From a virus (Duplodnaviria; Heunggongvirae; Uroviricota; Caudoviricetes): 14,055 nt of DNA. The stretch spans positions 1 to 14,055 of the IMG/VR virus record IMGVR_UViG_2778261354_000013; one strand, written 5' to 3'. A model generated the notes under the pieces. That model saw nothing but the letters and a program-made list of their open reading frames with translations. It was not told where the DNA came from and ran no database searches. Shown one piece after another: positions 8,202-14,055 of this stretch. The stretch's first letter is position 1; the number at the start of each line of letters is the position of its first letter. The position numbers and the translations under genes were made by a program.

Positions 8202-8669
8202 ATGCCTGTTGCTATGGAGCAAGCAGACAAGAAGATTTTTTTCCATCTGTGGTACAGCTACTGGCTGGAAGAGATGGTTTTCATACTCAGCAATAAAGCC
8301 GCTGCCGTGTTGCGCGCCGGGGCACTGATTGCTGCGGTATTGTCCTTTCTTCTCGTAGGTTTTCCCGTCCTGATGAGCCTTTGCGGGCTGGCGTTTTTTG
8401 TTTTTTCCTGGTTTTGCAGCAAGTGTGAATTCGTCGCCGAACTGGCGTGCTGGCAGAAACAGAGCTACCTTCGTCTGATTACGCAAAGGGATTCCATGAG
8501 CACTGAACGCCTCATTGAGCGCATTCTGTATCTGGAAGAAACGAACAGCGCATTCATGAAGGCGTTTGTCAGGCCTGCAAAAAACAAAGCGAGCGCATCT
8601 GTTGGTCTGTCTGCCAGCGAGCATTTGCGTTACTCCGAAAGGTTAATCTGCTGGTTGTGCGGCTTCTGA
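8202..8669 (+). CDS. Predicted inner-membrane protein with two TM helices and a C-terminal Cys-pair domain (CSKC...CWLC), 155 aa
   Basis: ATG 8202 with GGAGG SD at 6 nt spacing (the track's 8196 start is TTG). Hydrophobic segments AAAVLRAGALIAAVLSFLLVGF and VLMSLCGLAFFVFSWF. The only plus-strand gene inside the minus-strand early operon. Confidence 0.55.
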   Translation: MPVAMEQADKKIFFHLWYSYWLEEMVFILSNKAAAVLRAGALIAAVLSFLLVGFPVLMSLCGLAFFVFSWFCSKCEFVAELACWQKQSYLRLITQRDSMSTERLIERILYLEETNSAFMKAFVRPAKNKASASVGLSASEHLRYSERLICWLCGF

Positions 8670-8996
8670 CCGGCGAAGCAGCTGCGCGACGGTTTCGCCG
8701 CCTGCCCGGGCAGACGGGTATGACACTGGCATATTCAGCTTGAGTGCCATTGCGTACTCCGCCCATGCGCCAGCGGACTCTTCCCATCCATCCAGTAAGT
8801 AAATGGCATCGGCACACATGAGCATCGGAATACAAATGCTCATGTACTGCTGTTGGCTCATGAATACCGATGCGCCACCCACAAACGGCTCAACCAGGCA
8901 GTCAGCTTCTGGCAGATGCGCCTTCAGTGTGTTCATGATGCGGCTTTTGCCGCCCACCCATACCAGCGGTGTACCGGATAACCGTTCTTTGCTCAT
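8643..8996 (-). pseudogene. Dam-family N6-adenine methyltransferase, N-terminal remnant (117 aa ORF, truncated)
   Basis: [35 protein letters not shown] matches the Dam N-terminal SAM-binding region (E. coli Dam from memory: [35 protein letters not shown]). The ORF ends after 117 aa with no DPPY catalytic motif, and none was found in any minus frame downstream. AAAGAGG SD precedes ATG 8996. Confidence 0.6.
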
Positions 8997-9205
8997 AACG
9001 CGGCCTCTTTGTTATAGGTTTCGTGCGTTAATAAATCCCATGATGCCCCGTTGTTTTTGCTCAGCAGTCGCCAGCGAAAACCGATTCTTATTACCAGGTA
9101 GTTGTGGGGTTTTATGCGTGAAAAATTCCGCACGCCGTCGCGGAATAAATGCAGCGATGCGCGGGCTTTTCTTTCCACGTTCAGGGGGGGGGCAGCAACA
9201 CACAT
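8993..9205 (-). CDS. Possible small upstream ORF (70 aa) containing a C9 tract, coupled to the Dam-like start
   Basis: Stop overlaps the Dam-like ATG (ATGA), but there is no SD before ATG 9205. A second frame (9012-9221) also spans the homopolymer. Coding status is uncertain. Confidence 0.25.
   Translation of the reverse strand: MCVAAPPLNVERKARASLHLFRDGVRNFSRIKPHNYLVIRIGFRWRLLSKNNGASWDLLTHETYNKEAAL
9184..9192. repeat. G9 homopolymer tract (C9 on the minus strand)
   Basis: Read directly: nine consecutive G at 9184-9192, between the exonuclease stop and the Dam-like gene. Confidence 0.9.
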
Positions 9206-9231
9206 TCAGGATGGCGACCATAGCTTCACAC

Positions 9232-9813
9232 TCATATGCTCAGGAATGGCGTTGGGAAGCGCTGCCAGATTTCTGACACGACCCTTGCCTGGTAAATGGC
9301 ATCGCCCAGTGCAGTGTGAGCAATGGTCTCTTTGCCTGATCGGCCTGGTATTCCCCAGCCGGAGGACTTAGCCATGTCGATAAGCGAGCGCATACAGCGC
9401 TCGTTCCAGTAGCGCCACGGAATACTTTTTTCTCCGGTTGTTCGCTTTATGGCTGATCTCAGGATTGGGAAAACAAAGGATGCGCCCTTGCACCATACGA
9501 TTAGTTGATTGCCCATGGTTTCGTCTTGCATGTTGCGCGAAATGAACGCCAGAAATTCGGTTACTGCCGCAAGTTCTGTTCCCTCTGCGTTGAGCAGGCA
9601 GGATCTGGCCTCCGCGGATTCCCCGGCCCACCATAAGGCGGTTGATGCATTGACGGTTCCGCCGTTGCGCTCTGAATCCACCGGGTCGATGTATTTCTCA
9701 AACTGCTTGCCCAGCTTTCCGGTGAACGGGTCGAAAAACACCGCGCCGATCGCGAATATGACTGCATCCGGTCCGGTACCCAGTGTTTCGGTGTCGATCA
9801 TGAGATGGTTCAC
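9232..9813 (-). CDS. DnaQ-like (DEDDh) 3'-5' exonuclease, 193 aa
   Basis: Exo I motif MIDTETLG and Exo III motif HTALGDAIYQA. Start proposed at GTG 9813 (AAGGAG SD 8 nt upstream; GTGA overlap with the upstream stop); ATG 9801 is an alternative. Confidence 0.75.
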   Translation of the reverse strand: MNHLMIDTETLGTGPDAVIFAIGAVFFDPFTGKLGKQFEKYIDPVDSERNGGTVNASTALWWAGESAEARSCLLNAEGTELAAVTEFLAFISRNMQDETMGNQLIVWCKGASFVFPILRSAIKRTTGEKSIPWRYWNERCMRSLIDMAKSSGWGIPGRSGKETIAHTALGDAIYQARVVSEIWQRFPTPFLSI

Positions 9814-10034
9814 TGTGTGCACTCCTTCTGTTCGGCGTTGTTCGTGAGCGTTGCAATCAGTCGTTCAATGGATGAACATGTTTCCAGCGGGGAGGTGTGC
9901 TTCTCTCTCGCCGTGTTAACCAGGTCACTCAGTAATTCGCAGATATGTGCACGCTCGGCTTTTCTTGCGGCCATGCTGATGTGTGCATGATGGTTAACTG
10001 GTCTGGCGGTTGTTGGTGATTCGACTATTCTCAT
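9810..10034 (-). CDS. Hypothetical protein, 74 aa
   Basis: ATG 10034 with AGGAG SD at 7 nt. Shares short colinear patches with the 7591-7815 protein (AERxHI ... LxNN). Confidence 0.55.
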   Translation of the reverse strand: MRIVESPTTARPVNHHAHISMAARKAERAHICELLSDLVNTAREKHTSPLETCSSIERLIATLTNNAEQKECTQ

Positions 10035-10134
10035 TTGTTGACTCCTGAAAAAAGACAAAGGGAAGCCGAAGGCATGAATGCCTTAATTAATTGTTCGTGT
10101 GTTTTCTGGTGTTATTCCGCGCCTGCTTTCAGCT

Positions 10135-10239
10135 TCAGATTATCCCCAGATTCTTCAGCGCTAACCATATAAGCGCGCACACCTGAAATACCAACCATGC
10201 AGTGGCGATATTCAGTATTATTATTTTCACGTGCTTCAT
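10135..10239 (-). CDS. Possible small hydrophobic peptide, 34 aa (MKHVKIIILNIATAWLVFQVCALIWLALKNLGII)
   Basis: Translated by hand from the minus strand; not in the ORF track (below its length cutoff). ATG 10239 lies 12 nt after the upstream peptide's stop with a weak AGAG SD. One predicted TM segment. Confidence 0.25.
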   Translation of the reverse strand: MKHVKIIILNIATAWLVFQVCALIWLALKNLGII

Positions 10240-10251
10240 AATCTTTTCTCT

Positions 10252-10377
10252 TTATTTACGGCGTTTGTCGCCAGTAAAAAATAATTCGACATCCTTCAGT
10301 GTGTGGATAATTCGCATAACGCCGATTGCCATAAGCACGGATATAATCAGAATTACCCATGAAAGGAATATGCTCAT
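10252..10377 (-). CDS. Small single-pass membrane peptide, 41 aa (MSIFLSWVILIISVLMAIGVMRIIHTLKDVELFFTGDKRRK)
   Basis: Translated by hand; AGGAG SD 7 nt before ATG 10377, whose start overlaps the upstream gene's stop (ATGA). Hydrophobic N-terminal helix and charged C-terminal tail. Confidence 0.45.
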   Translation of the reverse strand: MSIFLSWVILIISVLMAIGVMRIIHTLKDVELFFTGDKRRK

Positions 10378-10616
10378 GCTGCCACTCCTGTGAAGTAAGG
10401 CTCAACAATTTCACCTTCAAACAGTTCTGTCATAATCGACTTTAATTCTTCCAGTGCTTCACGGTCATCGCTGCCCAGCGCGCAGTTATACAGTCCCATA
10501 ATTGCGCCGCGCAGTGAGTTACGAAGGCTTTCATCCTTAGTTACGCCCCGGTTTGCAAGTTCGAAGTGGTAACGCTGCAACGCGTTATTAATAAGTATTT
10601 TGTAGGCTTCGATCAT
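10374..10616 (-). CDS. Hypothetical protein, 80 aa
   Basis: ATG 10616 with AAGGA SD at 7 nt. No motif recognised. Confidence 0.55.
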   Translation of the reverse strand: MIEAYKILINNALQRYHFELANRGVTKDESLRNSLRGAIMGLYNCALGSDDREALEELKSIMTELFEGEIVEPYFTGVAA

Positions 10617-10634
10617 GACTGAATCCTTTATTTA

Positions 10635-10979
10635 TCAGTGCTTACTTCCCGGATACTGAAAACACAGGCCGTTGATTAATCTGTCTGCCGTTCTTAAGGC
10701 ATCAAAAAATGTGAAGTCCTGTCCGAAGTAATCATCTCCGCGAGTCAGAGTAAAATTAAATCGGCCAGTAACAGGGCTGCGAAAACTTTTGTGAATAACG
10801 ATGTCGGTATCACCAATCGTCCAGGTGTGCTTGCCAGTTTGTTTTACCGGGTGACCGTCTGGTGTGGCGTGTATTTCGGTGGTTGCGGTCGCACTATTTT
10901 TACGGAAGTGCTGGCGTGCACCGTGGCGTTCGGTGCCAGTGAAGAATTTTAGTCGTGAGGTACTAGCGTTTTTCTTCAT
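10635..10979 (-). CDS. Hypothetical protein, 114 aa
   Basis: ORF with a weak SD, in operon context directly downstream of the Cox-like gene. No motif recognised. Confidence 0.5.
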   Translation of the reverse strand: MKKNASTSRLKFFTGTERHGARQHFRKNSATATTEIHATPDGHPVKQTGKHTWTIGDTDIVIHKSFRSPVTGRFNFTLTRGDDYFGQDFTFFDALRTADRLINGLCFQYPGSKH

Positions 10980-10999
10980 AGTTATGCTCGCTTCATTGT

Positions 11000-11203
11000 T
11001 TAGCTGTTGGCTATTGCGTCTTTTAACATAGCTATAAGGTTTACTTCTGGTTTTTCCATTTTGACACGTTTGGGGCGGATAATAATTCGACCGTCAGCCA
11101 ACATCTTTTTGCATGTGTTAAGAGGAATGCCTGTTATCTCGGCGTATTTCTTCAGAGATACGTAAGGGGCATTAACGTTGATGTTTATTGTTATACCTTG
11201 CAT
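11000..11203 (-). CDS. Cox/excisionase-like HTH regulator, 67 aa
   Basis: Start reassigned to ATG 11203 (MQGITININVNAPYVSLKKYAEITGIPLNTCKKMLADGRI...) with AGGAGG SD at 8 nt. The PY-HTH-(R/K)M(I/L)xDG(K/R) pattern resembles P2 Cox (recalled from memory). Confidence 0.6.
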   Translation of the reverse strand: MQGITININVNAPYVSLKKYAEITGIPLNTCKKMLADGRIIIRPKRVKMEKPEVNLIAMLKDAIANS

Positions 11204-11207
11204 CCCG

Positions 11208-11426
11208 TTAACCTCCTGAGCATGAAGATTGGCTTTGCTCTTTCTGTGTAACCTCAAGGCCGCGAAGGAAGATCATGCGTGCCATGTTAGAGGATGTGCG
11301 TTGTTCTTTAGCCGCCATTTCATCAATGACGGCTCGCTCTTCTGCTGACAATCGAAGTGCTAGTCGTTGGCCTGTTGCGGTGTTACGCGGAATACGTGAT
11401 CTGGTGCTGTGATTAACTTGTTTCAT
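11208..11426 (-). CDS. Ribbon-helix-helix (RHH) DNA-binding protein, 72 aa; first gene of the early operon
   Basis: RLALRLSAEERAVIDEMAAKEQRTSSNMARMIF has a beta-strand then helix pattern typical of RHH/MobC-like domains. No SD before ATG 11426; sits directly at the divergent switch region. Confidence 0.55.
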   Translation of the reverse strand: MKQVNHSTRSRIPRNTATGQRLALRLSAEERAVIDEMAAKEQRTSSNMARMIFLRGLEVTQKEQSQSSCSGG

Positions 11427-11501
11427 AGTGGTATATTGTGATCATCTAATTGCTCGTTAAGGTATTTTGGTATCAAAAAAGATACCTGTCAAGGTTTTTG
11501 T
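11427..11501. promoter_or_regulatory. Divergent lysis-lysogeny switch region with repeated GGTAT half-sites and a consensus -35 on the minus strand
   Basis: Perfect TTGACA on the minus strand (11487-11492); GGTAT motifs at 11430-11434, 11461-11465, 11469-11473 and inverted at 11482-11486. By-eye prediction. Confidence 0.45.
11469..11486. promoter_or_regulatory. Candidate operator: 18-bp dyad GGTATC-AAAAAA-GATACC
   Basis: Perfect inverted repeat read directly; it abuts the minus-strand TTGACA and lies 16 bp upstream of the repressor ATG. Confidence 0.5.
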
Positions 11502-11906
11502 ATGAAAAATGATATCGGTCAGCGGCTGCGTGAGGAAAGGGAACGGCTGGGTCTTAGCCAAGTCGCTATGAGTGATATTGGTGGGGTTAAAAAGTTAACC
11601 CAACTTAGATATGAGAAAGGGGATAGCTTTCCTGATGCGGCGTACTTATCAGCATTGTCGCGTTTTGGCCTTGATGTTCAGTATGTCGTGTTGGGAATTC
11701 ATTCACCTGAAACTTATAACGATGATGAACAGGAGTTGATCACACGTTTTCGGAGTGCCTCACTAGATGTGAAAAACGCGGTGATTGGTGCTTTGAAAGG
11801 TGCAGTCACTGAAAAGGAGGACCAGTTATCAGGGGGAGAGTTAAATATCTCTGGCGGGAATAACCGCATCGCAGGCCGTGACTATAACGAAACAAAAGGT
11901 AAGTGA
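11502..11906 (+). CDS. XRE-family HTH repressor (putative immunity repressor, C/CI-equivalent), 134 aa
   Basis: N-terminal HTH (IGQRLREERERLGLSQVAMSDIGGVKKLTQLRYEKG); divergent from the Cox-like/RHH genes and upstream of int on the same strand. C-terminal tail carries the NNRIAGRDY motif. Confidence 0.7.
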   Translation: MKNDIGQRLREERERLGLSQVAMSDIGGVKKLTQLRYEKGDSFPDAAYLSALSRFGLDVQYVVLGIHSPETYNDDEQELITRFRSASLDVKNAVIGALKGAVTEKEDQLSGGELNISGGNNRIAGRDYNETKGK

Positions 11907-11921
11907 TAGCAAGGAGGTGGC

Positions 11922-12566
11922 ATGACGGTCAACTCAAACGGTTCAAATAATCGCATTGCTGGGCGAGATTACCAAGAAAAGAATATTCAGATAGAGCGAT
12001 ATGATGGCTCTCATACCGTCAATATCGCAATTCCTTCGAGCAATGACAGTGATCAACGTCCTTTGCTTAAGATTCAGCGGAAGGCGTTAAATAGTTTGGT
12101 CGCTACTATTGTAGATGCCAGCAATACCGAAGCGTTTATTATTTGGCAAAAATTGCATGCAGAGATTGGTGTAGACGGTATTGATGATATAACAATGAAT
12201 CAATATAAGACCGCAGAGAGCTTTCTGTGTGCGATGCTTGAACGATGTAAAGATCATGATGCGCGTAAGGCACTTGTAAGTATTTTACTTCGTAATAGTG
12301 AAGTTGGAGTGCTTCGTCAAAAACTTATCCGCTATTGCCATATCAATTTCGGAACGGGTCGCTTAAACGATCTTACTCGTTCTCAGCTTCAGATGGCTCT
12401 TTCCTGGTTAGACCAACAATCCGTGGAAGGAGAAAAGAAATTAACTGCTAACAATTCTGTCGGTAGTCAATTACAGATGAATTTTCAGCAAATAATTAAA
12501 AAACACCCAAAAGAAACAGGAATGTGTTTCGTTGTTGGTGTTTTATTAGGCAGTGTTCTTTTCTGA
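11922..12566 (+). CDS. Hypothetical tail-anchored protein, 214 aa (C-terminal TM helix MCFVVGVLLGSVLF)
   Basis: Strong AAGGAGGT SD; N-terminus repeats the NNRIAGRDY motif of the repressor tail; AT-rich codon composition suggests acquired cargo. Confidence 0.6.
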   Translation: MTVNSNGSNNRIAGRDYQEKNIQIERYDGSHTVNIAIPSSNDSDQRPLLKIQRKALNSLVATIVDASNTEAFIIWQKLHAEIGVDGIDDITMNQYKTAESFLCAMLERCKDHDARKALVSILLRNSEVGVLRQKLIRYCHINFGTGRLNDLTRSQLQMALSWLDQQSVEGEKKLTANNSVGSQLQMNFQQIIKKHPKETGMCFVVGVLLGSVLF

Positions 12567-12761
12567 TAGATAGTTGTTGGAGAAAGATATTATGGCAAAA
12601 GCTTGCTTTACCGACTTTAGAATAAATGAAAAAGATAAATTAAGCGAGCTGACAAAGGTGGGAGGGGGCTAGTGATGTAAGAAATGGTGTGAGTTACTTG
12701 TCATGGTCTTAAAGAAAAGTAAGTCTTTGTTCATGAGGAAGTCCAAAGAGGTAAATGAATT

Positions 12762-13019
12762 ATGGTAACTAATCCGCAAATTCCATTAACTGGTTTATAT
12801 GTATCTAAAGTTAATCCATCTAATCGTATAGTTGTTACTAATGTTCATATTGTCCAGGGCGATGACGATGAGCCCGGAGATCTTCCTTTCTATTTGGTTA
12901 CTTTTGTAAATGAGGGGGATGAGGATGATATGTCGGCTCCTTCTTGGGAGCTTGATCCTGATGAATGGGAGCAGTTAGTTGATGAAAAGCTCTTTATGCG
13001 GGTTGGGCAACCATCTTAA
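12762..13019 (+). CDS. Highly acidic small protein, 85 aa
   Basis: AAGAGG SD 10 nt upstream of ATG 12762; D/E-rich clusters (GDDDEPGD, EGDEDD, ELDPDEWEQLVDE). Lies between the cargo gene and int. Confidence 0.5.
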   Translation: MVTNPQIPLTGLYVSKVNPSNRIVVTNVHIVQGDDDEPGDLPFYLVTFVNEGDEDDMSAPSWELDPDEWEQLVDEKLFMRVGQPS

Positions 13020-13053
13020 TAACGAAAATTTTCCTTGGTGTGCACTTTTTAAT

Positions 13054-14055
13054 ATGTCTGTTCGTAAACTATCTACTGGTAAATGGCTCTGTGAATGCTA
13101 TCCCTACGGAGCAGCAGGAAAACGCATTCGTAAGCAGTTTGCGACAAAAGGTGAGGCGCTCTCTTATGAGCGCCGTTTAATGAACAGTAATTTAGGGGGA
13201 GAGTTTCAGGATGGTTCTGGTCCCCGTCTTTCCGAGTTGGTTGCTCGCTGGTTTGATATGTACGGTAAAACGTTGTCTTCCGGTGAAGAGCGCAAGGCTA
13301 AACTTGAGGCGGTTTGCTCTAGGTTGGGTGATCCGTTTGCTTCTCAATTTGATAAAAATATGTTTGCCATCTACAGGGAACGGCGGTTATCAGGTGAATG
13401 GAATCCAAAGGGGAAGAAAAAACTTAGTGAAGCAACCGTTAATCGCGAGCAGTCATATTTGCATGCTGTTTTTGCTGAACTGAAGCGCCTTGGGGAGTGG
13501 TCTGGTGAAAATCCATTGACAGGTATTCGCAAGTTTCGTGAGGAAGAAAAGGAGCTGGCGTTTCTGTATGCAGATGAGATTGAACGCCTTCTGATTGCAT
13601 GTGATGAGTCACGGAATAAAAATTTGGGTGTTGTCGTCCGTATTGGGCTTGCGACTGGTGCCAGGTGGAGTGAAGCAGAGGGATTAAAGCAATCTCAAAT
13701 ACTGCCTGGACGAATCACATTTGTTAAAACCAAAGGAAAGAAGAACCGCACTGTACCTATTTCACCTCAATTGCAGGCCATGCTTCCTAAAAAACGCGGG
13801 GCGCTTTTTTCACCATGTTATGAGGCTTTTGACGCCGCTATTAAGAGAGCAAAGATCGAACTTCCTGACGGGCAATTAACTCATGTGCTACGTCATACGT
13901 TTGCCAGCCATTTTATTATGCGGGGAGGAAATATTCTTGTGTTGCAAAAAATACTGGGGCATAGCGATATAAAAATGACTATGCGTTATGCACACTTTGC
14001 GCCGGATCATTTAGAGGCTGCTGTTGAACTGAATCCCTTTGACAATAGAGAGTAA
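13054..14055 (+). CDS. int: Tyrosine integrase, P2 Int-like
   Basis: Start reassigned to ATG 13054 (MSVRKLSTGKW...). C-terminal catalytic signature HVLRHTFASH ... GHSDIKMTMRYAHF; the N-terminus resembles P2 Int (recalled from memory). The stop is the last base of the window. Confidence 0.9.
   Translation: MSVRKLSTGKWLCECYPYGAAGKRIRKQFATKGEALSYERRLMNSNLGGEFQDGSGPRLSELVARWFDMYGKTLSSGEERKAKLEAVCSRLGDPFASQFDKNMFAIYRERRLSGEWNPKGKKKLSEATVNREQSYLHAVFAELKRLGEWSGENPLTGIRKFREEEKELAFLYADEIERLLIACDESRNKNLGVVVRIGLATGARWSEAEGLKQSQILPGRITFVKTKGKKNRTVPISPQLQAMLPKKRGALFSPCYEAFDAAIKRAKIELPDGQLTHVLRHTFASHFIMRGGNILVLQKILGHSDIKMTMRYAHFAPDHLEAAVELNPFDNRE

Larger units (their letters stand above)
1..14055. mobile_element. 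P2-family temperate phage / prophage segment (late P-Q genes, cos region, early replication operon, immunity switch, integrase)
   Basis: Gene order and strands match a reverse-complemented P2 map: P then Q on +, replication gene A on -, Cox-like on -, repressor and integrase on + at the right end. The int stop coincides with the window end, so att is expected just outside. Confidence 0.8.

Noticed and set aside
7509-8624. 371 aa minus-strand ORF, the longest unassigned ORF in the window
   Set aside because: It overlaps the whole 74 aa gene (7591-7815) in another frame, spans the non-coding spacer, and is antisense to the membrane-protein gene. The sequence is low-complexity Arg/Ala/Pro-rich, typical of GC-rich non-coding frames, and has no Dam motifs such as DPPY.
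10202-10393. 63 aa plus-strand ORF
   Set aside because: Antisense to the two small minus-strand peptide genes, which have the SD and translational-coupling signals; no RBS, and the sequence is low-complexity Ile/Phe-rich.
12591-12668. 25 aa plus-strand mini-ORF between the 214 aa gene and the acidic-protein gene
   Set aside because: Poor SD spacing (10 nt) and no hydrophobic or other recognisable character; treated as intergenic.
13211-13483. 90 aa plus-strand ORF
   Set aside because: Out-of-frame ORF inside the integrase gene.
1-14055. Search for CRISPR arrays, rRNA, and LexA boxes (CTGT-N8-ACAG)
   Set aside because: No spaced direct repeats of CRISPR type and no rRNA-like segments seen. 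No convincing LexA box was found by eye near the early or cargo genes, so SOS-box regulation as in the 186 tum gene cannot be claimed.

Overview
This window is a segment of a P2-family temperate phage (prophage) from an enterobacterial-type host, in reverse orientation relative to the conventional P2 map. From left to right it holds: the late genes for the terminase ATPase subunit (gpP-like, 1-1734 +) and portal (gpQ-like, 1740-2783 +); a ~500 bp non-coding region with a palindrome, a GC-rich cos-like segment, phased GTGCA repeats and a bidirectional terminator; a long minus-strand early operon (11426 down to 3289) of mostly translationally coupled genes; a switch region with a dyad operator; and a plus-strand lysogeny operon (XRE repressor, two cargo genes, P2-type tyrosine integrase) ending at the window edge, so the att site should lie just beyond 14055. 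The early operon encodes an RHH regulator, a Cox-like protein, several small proteins including two small hydrophobic peptides, a DnaQ-like exonuclease, a truncated Dam-like methyltransferase remnant, the rolling-circle replication endonuclease A, and four small cargo genes ending in a standalone ClpX-type zinc-finger protein. The most interesting candidates are: (1) the standalone ClpX zinc-binding-domain protein in the variable region between A and cos; (2) the lysogeny-operon cargo between repressor and integrase, where a peptide motif (NNRIAGRDY) recurs at the repressor C-terminus and the next protein's N-terminus with synonymous codon divergence; (3) an opposite-strand membrane/Cys-pair protein gene that appears to have replaced the 3' part of the dam gene; (4) a G9 homopolymer at the junction of two overlapping frames upstream of the Dam remnant. 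All functional calls rest on motif recognition by eye and synteny; no database search was run.
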